From positions 1 through 64,000 of the forward strand of contig JBGCFM010000054.1 of assembly GCA_045106895.1 (NCBI GenBank): a stretch of DNA of 64,000 nt, given 5' to 3'. The translations under genes were made by a program, and so were the position numbers. Positions 37,854 to 48,645 of this stretch are shown here, in pieces. The DNA comes from Polyangiales bacterium (GTDB lineage: Bacteria; Myxococcota_A; Polyangia; Polyangiales; Houyiibacteriaceae). The notes under the pieces are model-generated. The model was not told the origin of the DNA. It worked only from the letters and a program-made list of their open reading frames with translations, and did not search any database. Position 1 is the stretch's first letter. Every line of letters starts with the position of its first letter.

Positions 37854-38891
37854 TCACGAGTCCTCGATCACGCGTAGTGCCCAGCGCGCTGCGTCCCGAA
37901 GCGCTTCGTCGTCGTCGTTGGTTGCGCTTTGAAGAACCGGAAGGTGTATCCGCCTTTTGCTGTTCCCAAGGACGATGGCCGCGTTTCGCGCCATACGATT
38001 CCGACCGGGCCGACGCATCGGCGTCCCGATGGCCCACTCGGCGTATTCCGATGCGCTCATCGAAATGATGTCGGCGGCGCTCCGCTCGGCCCAACGTGGA
38101 TCCGCCGCGTAGGGTTGCGTTTGATCCATCGGCGGAAGGGAGGTGCGATTGTAGGGACACACGTCCTGGCAAGCGTCGCAGCCGAGGAGCCAGTCTCCGA
38201 CGCCGGCCTTGAGCTCGTCGTCGATGACGCCGTCGTGCTCAATGGTGAGGTAGGAGATACAGCGCCGTGCGTCGAGCTGTCGGGGCCCAACGAAGGCGTT
38301 CGTCGGGCAAGCGTCGAGACAGAGTCGACACTCTCCGCACCGCCGCTTCATCGGCTCGGTGGCGACGAGGGGCGCGTGGGTGACGAGACACGCAAGGAAC
38401 AGATGCGAGCCCATTCCCGGGACGATGAGGCAGCTGTTCTTTCCGATGAAGCCGATGCCGGCTCGTTCGGCCCACGCGCGCTCAAGAACAGGGCGGGAGT
38501 CGACGCTGTGACGCGTCTCGTATCCTTGCTCGCGCAGCCAGCGCTCGAGCTTGCGCAAGCGTTTGGAGAGCACATTGTGATAGTCGCGACCGCGGGCGTA
38601 GCGCGCAATTCGGCCCGGCGTGGGGCCCACGCGTTCCGACGAGCGAGCGTAGGGCGCAGCCAACACCACAACGCTCAGGGCACCTTCCACCATGCCCGGA
38701 GTTGTTGGGTCGATGCGAACATCGGCGGTGTCCTCCAGCCAGCCCATCTGTCCGTGGCGACCCGCGGCGAGGTAGGCGCGAAGCTGCTCGCCTTCGGGCT
38801 CAAGGGCTTCGGCGCGTGCGACTCCGAATGCAGCGAAGCCGAGCTCACCCGCGCGTTGTCGAAGTTGTTGAGTGAGCTCGTCCTGAACCAT
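37854..38891 (-). CDS. queG: Epoxyqueuosine reductase
   Basis: IARYARGRDYH, VDSRPVLER, GIGFIGKN, CGECRLCLDACPT, CISYLTIE and GCDACQDVCPYN. Confidence 0.95.
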   Translation of the reverse strand: MVQDELTQQLRQRAGELGFAAFGVARAEALEPEGEQLRAYLAAGRHGQMGWLEDTADVRIDPTTPGMVEGALSVVVLAAPYARSSERVGPTPGRIARYARGRDYHNVLSKRLRKLERWLREQGYETRHSVDSRPVLERAWAERAGIGFIGKNSCLIVPGMGSHLFLACLVTHAPLVATEPMKRRCGECRLCLDACPTNAFVGPRQLDARRCISYLTIEHDGVIDDELKAGVGDWLLGCDACQDVCPYNRTSLPPMDQTQPYAADPRWAERSAADIISMSASEYAEWAIGTPMRRPGRNRMARNAAIVLGNSKRRIHLPVLQSATNDDDEALRDAARWALRVIEDS

Positions 38892-39114
38892 TCGCTTATC
38901 CCAGCAAGGTGGCGTAGCGGAAGCCCATACGCCATTCAAGCGTGAGCGCTGGTCCTGGCATCTGCCGGCGGCGACGAGCGGCGGCGGCGAGCGGCAGCGA
39001 CACATTCACGAGCTCCCGGCGCAAAAGCGCTGGGCATTACACGTGGAAACTCTCTTCATTTCCTGGAGGCCGCGCAAAACGACATTCTTCGCGCAGATGG
39101 TTTAGACTGCCCGT

Positions 39115-39969
39115 ATGACGGACTCTTGGCTTCGCCCCGAGCTGGTGCTGGCTTTCTTAGTATGTGCGCTGCCTCTAACGGCTTGTGGCGATGATGAGCG
39201 GACCGGGATCGATGGCGCCACGCCGGACACACCTGCGGAAAGCGACGTGGGCGCGGAAGATAGCGGCTCCTGCACCGGGGATCCGGATTGCGATGACGGC
39301 TTTGCGTGCACCATCGACTCGTGCGGAGTCGGCGGCGTCTGCCGGCATGATGCTCTGGATGAACGTTGCGACGCCGGGGAAACCTGCACCATCGGGAGTG
39401 GCTGCAGCGCTGGCTGTTCCGAAGACGTGGACTGTCAGAACGGTAGCTACTGCGATGGTGAAGAGCGGTGCATCAGCGGTTCGTGTTTTCCCGCACAGCG
39501 CGCCATCGATTGCGACGACGGCAACGAATGCACAGACGATATGTGCTCCGACGCGGTTTCTGGCTGTCAGTACTCACCCGCAGCGGGCTGCGACGCCGGC
39601 GTGGCGACAGGCGACGGTGGGACCCCGGCTGGACCGTTTGACCCCTCGATGCATTACGCCGGAAGCTTCCTCGTCGCACCTGCACCAAGTCTAGGGTGTC
39701 CGCCGGCGAGCTACGCGATTGGTAGTCTGACGTTCCGCGTCGTGGACGACACCCTTGAAATTATGGCGGGTCGTTTTCGACTGACCCAAACTCCGGTCCC
39801 GACGGGCCCAGCGTTCAACGCAACATCGACAGCAGACAGCCAATGCTCGTCTGTGAGCCTTGCGGGCACCTTCTCAAACTCGGACCAGCTTAGCGCCCAG
39901 TGGAACGCCACCTGCGGCGCCATTTGCGGGAGCCAGAGCAATGACATCGTGGGAGAGCGAAATGACTGA
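39115..39969 (+). CDS. Cys-rich repeat lipoprotein A
   Basis: Lipobox LTACGDD; CDDGxxCTxDxC repeats; C-terminal beta domain. Confidence 0.8.
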   Translation: MTDSWLRPELVLAFLVCALPLTACGDDERTGIDGATPDTPAESDVGAEDSGSCTGDPDCDDGFACTIDSCGVGGVCRHDALDERCDAGETCTIGSGCSAGCSEDVDCQNGSYCDGEERCISGSCFPAQRAIDCDDGNECTDDMCSDAVSGCQYSPAAGCDAGVATGDGGTPAGPFDPSMHYAGSFLVAPAPSLGCPPASYAIGSLTFRVVDDTLEIMAGRFRLTQTPVPTGPAFNATSTADSQCSSVSLAGTFSNSDQLSAQWNATCGAICGSQSNDIVGERND

Positions 39970-41131
39970 GTGGTTGAAGTACGTGAGCGTAGCTTGTGTG
40001 ATGCTCGCCGCCTGCGGCGACGATGATGGGCGCGGCGATGCGGGTGGAGGAGCGGACTCCGCGGCGAGTTGTTCCACGGACACCGAGTGTGACGACGGCT
40101 TCGACTGCACCCTCGATTCCTGCGGCGTCGGCGGAGTGTGCTCATACGTGGGTATCGACGAGCGGTGCGATGGCGAAGAGGTCTGCGCGGTCGGGCGTGG
40201 CTGCGTCGACGAGGCAAGCTGCACCGCCGATGGCGAATGCGACGATGGCTTTGAGTGCACTCTCGATCGATGTGGGGTTGGGGGCATTTGTGCCTTCACG
40301 CCTGTCAACGAACGCTGTGAGGGCCCCGGCGCCACCTGCGACCCCGCCACCGGCATGGCCGGCAGTGGCTGCACGGAAGCCACCGGCTGTACGATGGACG
40401 AGCAGTGCGATGACGGACATGACTGCACGCTGGACTCCTGCGGCGTGGACAACGTGTGCGCCTTCACGCCCGTCAACGAGCGCTGCGAGGCGGGGGAGAC
40501 GTGCACCGCCAGCGGGTGTTTTGCGTCGATGCCCTGTACGATCGACGAAGAGTGCGACGACGGAGACTTCTGCAACGGCACGGAGATTTGCAACGCTGAG
40601 TTCGGTTGTCAGCCAGCCTTGGCGCCTCGCGAGTGCAATGATTCAGACGCATGCACCATCGACTCGTGCAGCACGGAGCGGAACGCATGCGTGTTCGCGT
40701 GCGATTCATCGATGGAGGCATGTATGTGTCCTGCCGGAGAGACACCCTGTGATGGAATCTTCGATATCACGCCAGCGCCCACCCAGATGTGCGCCTCTCT
40801 GATCCCTCCTGCGCAGGTAGACTACAACGTGAGCGAGGTGGAGTTCGCGTGCATCGGCGCGCTCCTGAGCGTCGACGGACGAAACATCCCCACGCTGATG
40901 GGCAACACACCGATGACTCAGTCTCCACGGCCCACCGACGACACGTTCGCGGTGGTGACTGAAGTCGGCGGCGGTTGCGTTGAGACGTATCGTCTCGAAG
41001 GTCGCTTCATCGACGCAGACAACTTCGAGGGCACTTGGTCGGCGTCTTACACAAAGACTTCGGGCCTCCCCGAATGTACGCTCAGTGGGTGCGCTAACCA
41101 GTCGATTCCAGTGACTGGGGTACGGCGTTAG
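39962..41131 (+). CDS. Cys-rich repeat lipoprotein B (paralog of A)
   Basis: Lipobox LAACGDDD; about five CDDGxxCTxDxC-type repeats; C-terminal domain alignable to that of A. Confidence 0.8.
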   Translation: MTEWLKYVSVACVMLAACGDDDGRGDAGGGADSAASCSTDTECDDGFDCTLDSCGVGGVCSYVGIDERCDGEEVCAVGRGCVDEASCTADGECDDGFECTLDRCGVGGICAFTPVNERCEGPGATCDPATGMAGSGCTEATGCTMDEQCDDGHDCTLDSCGVDNVCAFTPVNERCEAGETCTASGCFASMPCTIDEECDDGDFCNGTEICNAEFGCQPALAPRECNDSDACTIDSCSTERNACVFACDSSMEACMCPAGETPCDGIFDITPAPTQMCASLIPPAQVDYNVSEVEFACIGALLSVDGRNIPTLMGNTPMTQSPRPTDDTFAVVTEVGGGCVETYRLEGRFIDADNFEGTWSASYTKTSGLPECTLSGCANQSIPVTGVRR

Positions 41132-41191
41132 GCGGCACGCCTTTCGAATGGCGCAGAGCTTGGTTGTCGTGCCCAAGGTGCGACAAACAAG

Positions 41192-41359
41192 GCTCAGCAG
41201 CGTCTGGAGAGAGACTGTCCTGGCTCAAGTAGGCCGTGTGGTGGGGGCGAACGAGCCATCACGCGCCTACATGTAGTCAGCCGGGCCTTCCACGTTCCGT
41301 CGTCGTGCGCCGAAGACGCTTGCAAAACCCCCGAATTCAGGCGAAACCGCGTGCTGAGC
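41192..41359 (+). ncRNA. Candidate structured RNA upstream of icd (glycine-aptamer-like landmarks)
   Basis: Closing stem GCTCAGCA/TGCTGAGC; GGAGAG at 41206, CGCCGAAG at 41308 and TTCAGGC at 41336; long internal hairpin at 41220-41280. Confidence 0.3.
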
Positions 41360-41406
41360 GCGACGAACGCGCCACGCCCGGCGGCTCGCTGGGCCACAGA
41401 CTTTAG

Positions 41407-43635
<2,229 letters not shown>

Positions 43636-43656
43636 GCAGACCAAACGGGGGGAGCC

Positions 43657-44496
43657 ATGGAGACGCACTACAGGGCGCCAAATACGGTGAGCCCGCTGGG
43701 CATCGTGCTCGGCGGAGTCGCCGTTCTGGTGGGTGGGCTGCTTTTTGCGCCCATCTACAGCTACGCGATCGTCTACATCCCCTTCGTCTACATTAACCTG
43801 ATTCTGACGGGGCTCTTTGGCCTCGGCGTTGGCATGATGATCGCCGGCGCACTTCGAGTTGGGCACACGCACAACAAGGGCGTCAGCTACGGGCTCATTG
43901 GGGCAGGGTTGCTCTTTGCCTACTGGATGCACTGGGCGTGGTGGTTTAGCGGGCTGGCCTTCAGCGCGGACTTCGATGATTTCTCGGTCCTCTTGGTGCT
44001 CTTCCCGGGCGCCCTTATCGAATCCGTCGCTTCGGTCTACGAGGTCGGCACCTGGGGCATGGGTTCCTCGGGGGATGCTGTTACGGGTGTCTTCCTCGCA
44101 TTGATCTGGCTAGCAGAGGCCGTGATCTTCTTTGGCGCCGGTCTCTTCGGCGGAGCGATGCTCGTCGGCTCTGGAACGTACTGTTCACGTTGCCAAGCCT
44201 GGTGCACGGAGATGCCAGCGACGCGCCTCCAGGCGGACATGTCTGGCGACTTGGCCAATCAAGTGGACCGTCAAAACTGGGCGGTACTCCTGCGGCCTGC
44301 GCCCTCCGACGGGAGTACTACCTGGCATGAAGCGCACATTCACCGTTGCGAAGGATGCGGCGAGACCAACACCGTGACGCTCAAAGACATCACCGTTTCT
44401 CACGATAAAAAGGGCAACGAGCAGAAGAACGAGAAAGTCACCGTGGACCGTGTCTACATCACAGGCGCGGACCTCAACACGCTCTTGAACTCCTAG
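43657..44496 (+). CDS. Membrane protein with a C-terminal Zn-ribbon (CxxC...CxxC)
   Basis: 4-5 TM segments followed by YCSRCQAW and RCEGCG; GGAG SD 21 nt after the icd stop. Confidence 0.7.
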   Translation: METHYRAPNTVSPLGIVLGGVAVLVGGLLFAPIYSYAIVYIPFVYINLILTGLFGLGVGMMIAGALRVGHTHNKGVSYGLIGAGLLFAYWMHWAWWFSGLAFSADFDDFSVLLVLFPGALIESVASVYEVGTWGMGSSGDAVTGVFLALIWLAEAVIFFGAGLFGGAMLVGSGTYCSRCQAWCTEMPATRLQADMSGDLANQVDRQNWAVLLRPAPSDGSTTWHEAHIHRCEGCGETNTVTLKDITVSHDKKGNEQKNEKVTVDRVYITGADLNTLLNS

Positions 44497-44508
44497 CCAG
44501 GGTGTCGG

Positions 44509-46167
44509 CTAGCGCGGAGCTCGCGGTGCCCGTGGAATTCGAGGGCGTCGCGGTTGTGGTGCTCCTTCGGTGTTCGGCGCTGATGTCTCGTCGTCGTCTT
44601 CGCCTCCGTCGCCGCTACCGCGACCTTCCGCGTAGTCGGGGAGCGCACTGCTTGGGACCACCGAATCCATCTGCAGTCCGCCAAGGGCGTCTTGCCCGCT
44701 TGGCGCGGGGCCCGGAGCGTTGTCGAGGATGAACGGTCGCGCGTTTTCGCCATGACAGAAGGGCTCGTTCCGCATGAACGTCCAGTGCACATACACCTGC
44801 CCGTCGCCGCTCTTGATGGCGTCGGGGGGTGCGGGGAAGGGCGTCGCGCGTTTAACGGCGTTGAAGGCCGCGAAGTCGTAGGGCAGGACGCCGCTGGAGT
44901 TCACCACGCCGATGCGCGTGATGCCGCCATCCGCGCCGAACACGATCTCGAGTTTCACAGCGAGGCTCAAGTCGCTCATGGGACCCGTCGTCGAAGCGTT
45001 GTCGACAAACTGGTGGAAGGTGATGTGAATTCGCCGATGCAGAGCCGCGAGGTACTCGGCGAAGGGTGACGCGCGGGCGTTGAGGGCCGTTTGATTGCCA
45101 GAACGCACGCCCGGTACGAAGTTCTCGATGGCCGCACGGAACTCAGTCCACTCACGCTCGCGGCGACCGTTCCCGCGCTGCCGCGTGAGGCGCGACTGGG
45201 CGTACTCTTCGCGCTCCTGGCGCAGCTGCTCCTCGCCAAAGATGCCTTCGAACTGCCGCCACCCAATGCGCAGGTTCGGGCCCTCACGTTCGGCGTTCCC
45301 GTTGCCGCGGCGGGCTCCGTTGCGCCCTTCACGTCCGCGGACGCTATCGCCGCCGCGCTCACCGCCGCCGGTGCCGCGTTGAACAGGACGACGGATCACG
45401 AAGGTTCCATGACCGTCGTTGATGGTGATGAGCTCCGTCTCCGGCTCGCCGCCCTCTTGGGCGTTCTGTTCTTGGACTCGCTGCGCTCGTTCGCCCATTC
45501 GCTCCGGGGCAGCTTGCGTCTCCTGCGCCTCTTCAGGCTCAAGGGCCGGCATCAGGTCGTCGGGGCCGTCTTCGTTCTCGGTTTCGCGAAACTCCTCTTC
45601 CGCCGAGTTGCCGAGTTCTTCGTCCGTCGAAGGGTCGAGCTGCGCGCCGATGCTCAGCTCCTCTTGGGAGTCTTCGACCATATTCGTGACCTCTGCCTGG
45701 GTCTCTTCTTCGACGCGGTTGTTCTCACGCGCGATGAACTGAGTCTCTTCGGGTGGCGCAACGCTCGGGTCCTGGCTGTGCTGCTGTACGGGGATCGGGT
45801 TGACCTCCATGGCCACCGGCGGTCGCGTTTGAACCTCGGGTTCTGGCTCCGGTTCGGGTTCTGGCTCCGGCGCGAGGGGCGCGGACGTCTCGTCGTCTTG
45901 CTCGCTCTCGTTTTCGGAGCGCTCTCGTTGTGGCTCTCCTTCTTCGACGGGTTCGACAGGTTCGATGTCCGGCTGCGCTTCCTCGATGGTGATGGGCTCC
46001 ATCTCGATGAAATCGATCTCGTCGGAGGCGCTCGCGACGGCAGGTTCTTCCCACTCGAGGCTCTTGGCGAGCTGACCGAGCACGCCCCAAACGGGCAAGT
46101 GGACGCTGAGGCTCGCGAGGACGGCCACCCCAAAGACCGTACCTGCTGATAAGCGACGTCCCATCAT
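44509..46167 (-). CDS. TonB-family C-terminal-domain protein with a long acidic linker
   Basis: N-terminal TM with SLSVH; (EP)n tract; C-terminal IVFGADGGI..VVNSSG..YDFAAFNAVKRATPFPAPP. Confidence 0.8.
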   Translation of the reverse strand: MMGRRLSAGTVFGVAVLASLSVHLPVWGVLGQLAKSLEWEEPAVASASDEIDFIEMEPITIEEAQPDIEPVEPVEEGEPQRERSENESEQDDETSAPLAPEPEPEPEPEPEVQTRPPVAMEVNPIPVQQHSQDPSVAPPEETQFIARENNRVEEETQAEVTNMVEDSQEELSIGAQLDPSTDEELGNSAEEEFRETENEDGPDDLMPALEPEEAQETQAAPERMGERAQRVQEQNAQEGGEPETELITINDGHGTFVIRRPVQRGTGGGERGGDSVRGREGRNGARRGNGNAEREGPNLRIGWRQFEGIFGEEQLRQEREEYAQSRLTRQRGNGRREREWTEFRAAIENFVPGVRSGNQTALNARASPFAEYLAALHRRIHITFHQFVDNASTTGPMSDLSLAVKLEIVFGADGGITRIGVVNSSGVLPYDFAAFNAVKRATPFPAPPDAIKSGDGQVYVHWTFMRNEPFCHGENARPFILDNAPGPAPSGQDALGGLQMDSVVPSSALPDYAEGRGSGDGGEDDDETSAPNTEGAPQPRRPRIPRAPRAPR

Positions 46168-46322
46168 GGATAGAACCCTAAGCTAGGGCTCCTATTTCCA
46201 CCGCGCCAACCGGCGCGAAGAAAGAAGGCAGATATGCCGCATTTCGGGGCTTAGGACACGCCGCTGCGAGCTCCGTGTCTAGTCTGGTGGCGCGGTGGGG
46301 TGTCAAATGGCAGTGTCCCGCC

Positions 46323-47180
46323 ATGACGAGTACCCAGGCAGAAATCGAGGTCTCCTACGACGTCAGCAATGAATTCTTCAAGCTTTGGCTCGACGAATAC
46401 ATGCATTACACGTCCGCCAGTTTCATCACCGGTGACGAGACCCTTGAGCAGGCACAGCTTCAAAAGTGCAAGATCCTCGCGGACTACGCAGAGGTCACCC
46501 CCGACAGCTTTGTCCTCGACATCGGCTGCGGCTGGGGGGCGAACCTCGAATACCTTGTTCGCCACCGCGACGTGAAGCGGGCGCACGGGATCACGCTCTC
46601 CACCGCCCAGTGCGACTGGATTCACGAAGACAAGAAGCTTCCCGGCGTCAAAGCGATCGTCTGTGACTACGCCAAGTACGAGCCGGAAGAGAAATATGAC
46701 GGCCTCATCTCCATCGAGATGATCGACCATCTCTGCTCCCCGGAGCAGTCCCGCAAGGGCATGGCCATCGAGCTCTACCGCAAGTACTTCACGAAGGTCG
46801 CCGACTGGGTGAAGCCCGGCGCATGTTTTGGTTTTCAGGCGATTCTCCGAAATCGCATGCCCCGCACGCGCAAGGACCTTCAGGACCTGGCGTTCACGGC
46901 GGATGTGATCTTTCCCGGCGGCCTCAACCCTCGCCTTGAGGAACTCACGGCGGCGGTGAACCCACGCTGGGAGATCCTTGAGATGCGCACGCAACGAACT
47001 TGCTATGGCAAGACGACGGGCGAGTGGCTTCGCCGTATGCGCGGTCACGAGGCCTTCATCCGCGACAAGTGGGGCGACCAGCTCTTCGACGAATATGAAC
47101 GCTACCTGGACACCTGTGTTCGAGCCTTCGACGCACACTGGTCCAGCGATGTTCAGATGAAGCTGCGCCGCATCGACTGA
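46323..47180 (+). CDS. Cyclopropane-fatty-acid-synthase-like SAM methyltransferase (short, mycolate-MTase length)
   Basis: YDVSNEFFKLWLD..MHYTSA, TLEQAQ, VLDIGCGWG, GITLS..Q and VIFPGG. Confidence 0.85.
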   Translation: MTSTQAEIEVSYDVSNEFFKLWLDEYMHYTSASFITGDETLEQAQLQKCKILADYAEVTPDSFVLDIGCGWGANLEYLVRHRDVKRAHGITLSTAQCDWIHEDKKLPGVKAIVCDYAKYEPEEKYDGLISIEMIDHLCSPEQSRKGMAIELYRKYFTKVADWVKPGACFGFQAILRNRMPRTRKDLQDLAFTADVIFPGGLNPRLEELTAAVNPRWEILEMRTQRTCYGKTTGEWLRRMRGHEAFIRDKWGDQLFDEYERYLDTCVRAFDAHWSSDVQMKLRRID

Positions 47181-47376
47181 GCCGGCAGCGCTGTTGGACG
47201 GCTGGTCGGACCGATGCGTCCTCGACGCACGAAACGCGGCGGTCGTCGCATCCGTCGCGTGGCAGCCGCATCCGAGGCCAGCGCGCGTGCGCAAGCCAGC
47301 TCCACCGGAGCTAAAAGCGCGGGAAATGCCGTCAATAATGGTCATCTGAGCGCAGATCTGTGCCAGGATTCCCGAG

Positions 47377-48624
47377 GTGGAAGGTTCGAAGACACTGGCC
47401 CCGGGTACTCTCCTTGGCAGCCGCTACGAGCTTATTCGCGCCATCGGCGAAGGGTCGATGGGCGCTGTCTATGAGGCCGTTCAGGTGGGAATCGGACGCC
47501 GCGTCGCCCTAAAGACCGTGAAGGCGGGCAGCCACCAACAAGCGCGACGTTTGGCGCGGGAAGCACAGGCGGCGGGTGCGCTGAACCACCCGAACATCGT
47601 TCAGGTTAACGACGTCCACATCGACACCAGTGGCGTGAGTTTTTTGGTGATGGAGCTCCTCGAGGGTCAGAGCGTCGAGGCCATCGCAGCCGAGGGGCGG
47701 ATGGAGCCTGCACGCGTGGTCCGAATGGTCCGCCAGGTGCTCGATGCGTTGCAGTGCGCGCACCAAGCCAACATCGTCCACCGCGACCTGAAGCCGGCCA
47801 ACCTCTTCGTGACGAAGACCGGGACGCTGGGCGAGGTCGTCAAGGTGCTCGACTTTGGCGTCGCGAAGCTTGAGGCCCGTTACACGCAGCTGACGGAAGC
47901 GGGCAACATCGTTGGGACGCCGCTCTACATGGCGCCGGAGCAGATTCGTGGCGGCATTGTCAGCGGAGCGACGGACCTGTGGAGTGTTGGGGTCCTGCTT
48001 CACGAGCTCTTGGCGGGTCACCCGCCTTTCTCTGCGGGTTCCTGGCAGGATCTGCTTGGCGTCATCCTGAAGGAGGCGCCCGTTCCGCTCGAGAAGGCGC
48101 GGCCGGGTCTGCCGGCGCCGCTCTACTCGGCGGTGCGCCGTGCTCTTGAGAAGGCCACCGCGGACCGTTTGTCGACGGCGGATGAAATGGACCGTCTGCT
48201 CCAGGCGGCGGAGACGCAGCTCGGAGTGAAGTCTCGTCCTGCTTTGAAGGCGATCACGTCGCCCACCCAACCGCGAAGAACGGCGGTTCAGGGCGGGAGT
48301 CCGAAATCCACCGAGCGAATCGGGTCTCTGAATGAAGACCTCGCGGAACTCCACGTGCACCAGCCGAAGGTCCAGTCGGGGGAGCCGCTGGCCCCTTCGC
48401 CGCTGGACCTGCGCAACCTGCTCTCAACGGGAGAGAAGGGCGTCCTCACTCACGGGGAAGCGGAAGACCCGGACGCCACGATGGATGCTGTCCACACTGC
48501 TCAAACGGCGCGCGTCGAGCAGACAGGAGGACTTCCTCCTCCTCCGCGGTGGCTTTTCGTAGCCCTCGGCGTCGGATTCGTCGGTGTCCTCGTCGGGTTG
48601 ATGTTGCTCTTCCTTCTTGTCTGA
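47377..48624 (+). CDS. Hanks-type Ser/Thr protein kinase with a C-terminal TM anchor
   Basis: GEGSMGAVY, VALK, HRDLKPAN, DFG, GTPLYMAPE and DLWSVG. Confidence 0.93.
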   Translation: MEGSKTLAPGTLLGSRYELIRAIGEGSMGAVYEAVQVGIGRRVALKTVKAGSHQQARRLAREAQAAGALNHPNIVQVNDVHIDTSGVSFLVMELLEGQSVEAIAAEGRMEPARVVRMVRQVLDALQCAHQANIVHRDLKPANLFVTKTGTLGEVVKVLDFGVAKLEARYTQLTEAGNIVGTPLYMAPEQIRGGIVSGATDLWSVGVLLHELLAGHPPFSAGSWQDLLGVILKEAPVPLEKARPGLPAPLYSAVRRALEKATADRLSTADEMDRLLQAAETQLGVKSRPALKAITSPTQPRRTAVQGGSPKSTERIGSLNEDLAELHVHQPKVQSGEPLAPSPLDLRNLLSTGEKGVLTHGEAEDPDATMDAVHTAQTARVEQTGGLPPPPRWLFVALGVGFVGVLVGLMLLFLLV

Positions 48625-48645
48625 ATCTCAGCGTCCGCGAGCTTG

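Noticed and set aside
47181..47376. Small hairpins between the methyltransferase and kinase genes
   Set aside because: Only 6-bp stems with no U-tract or recognisable RNA motif; compatible with chance.
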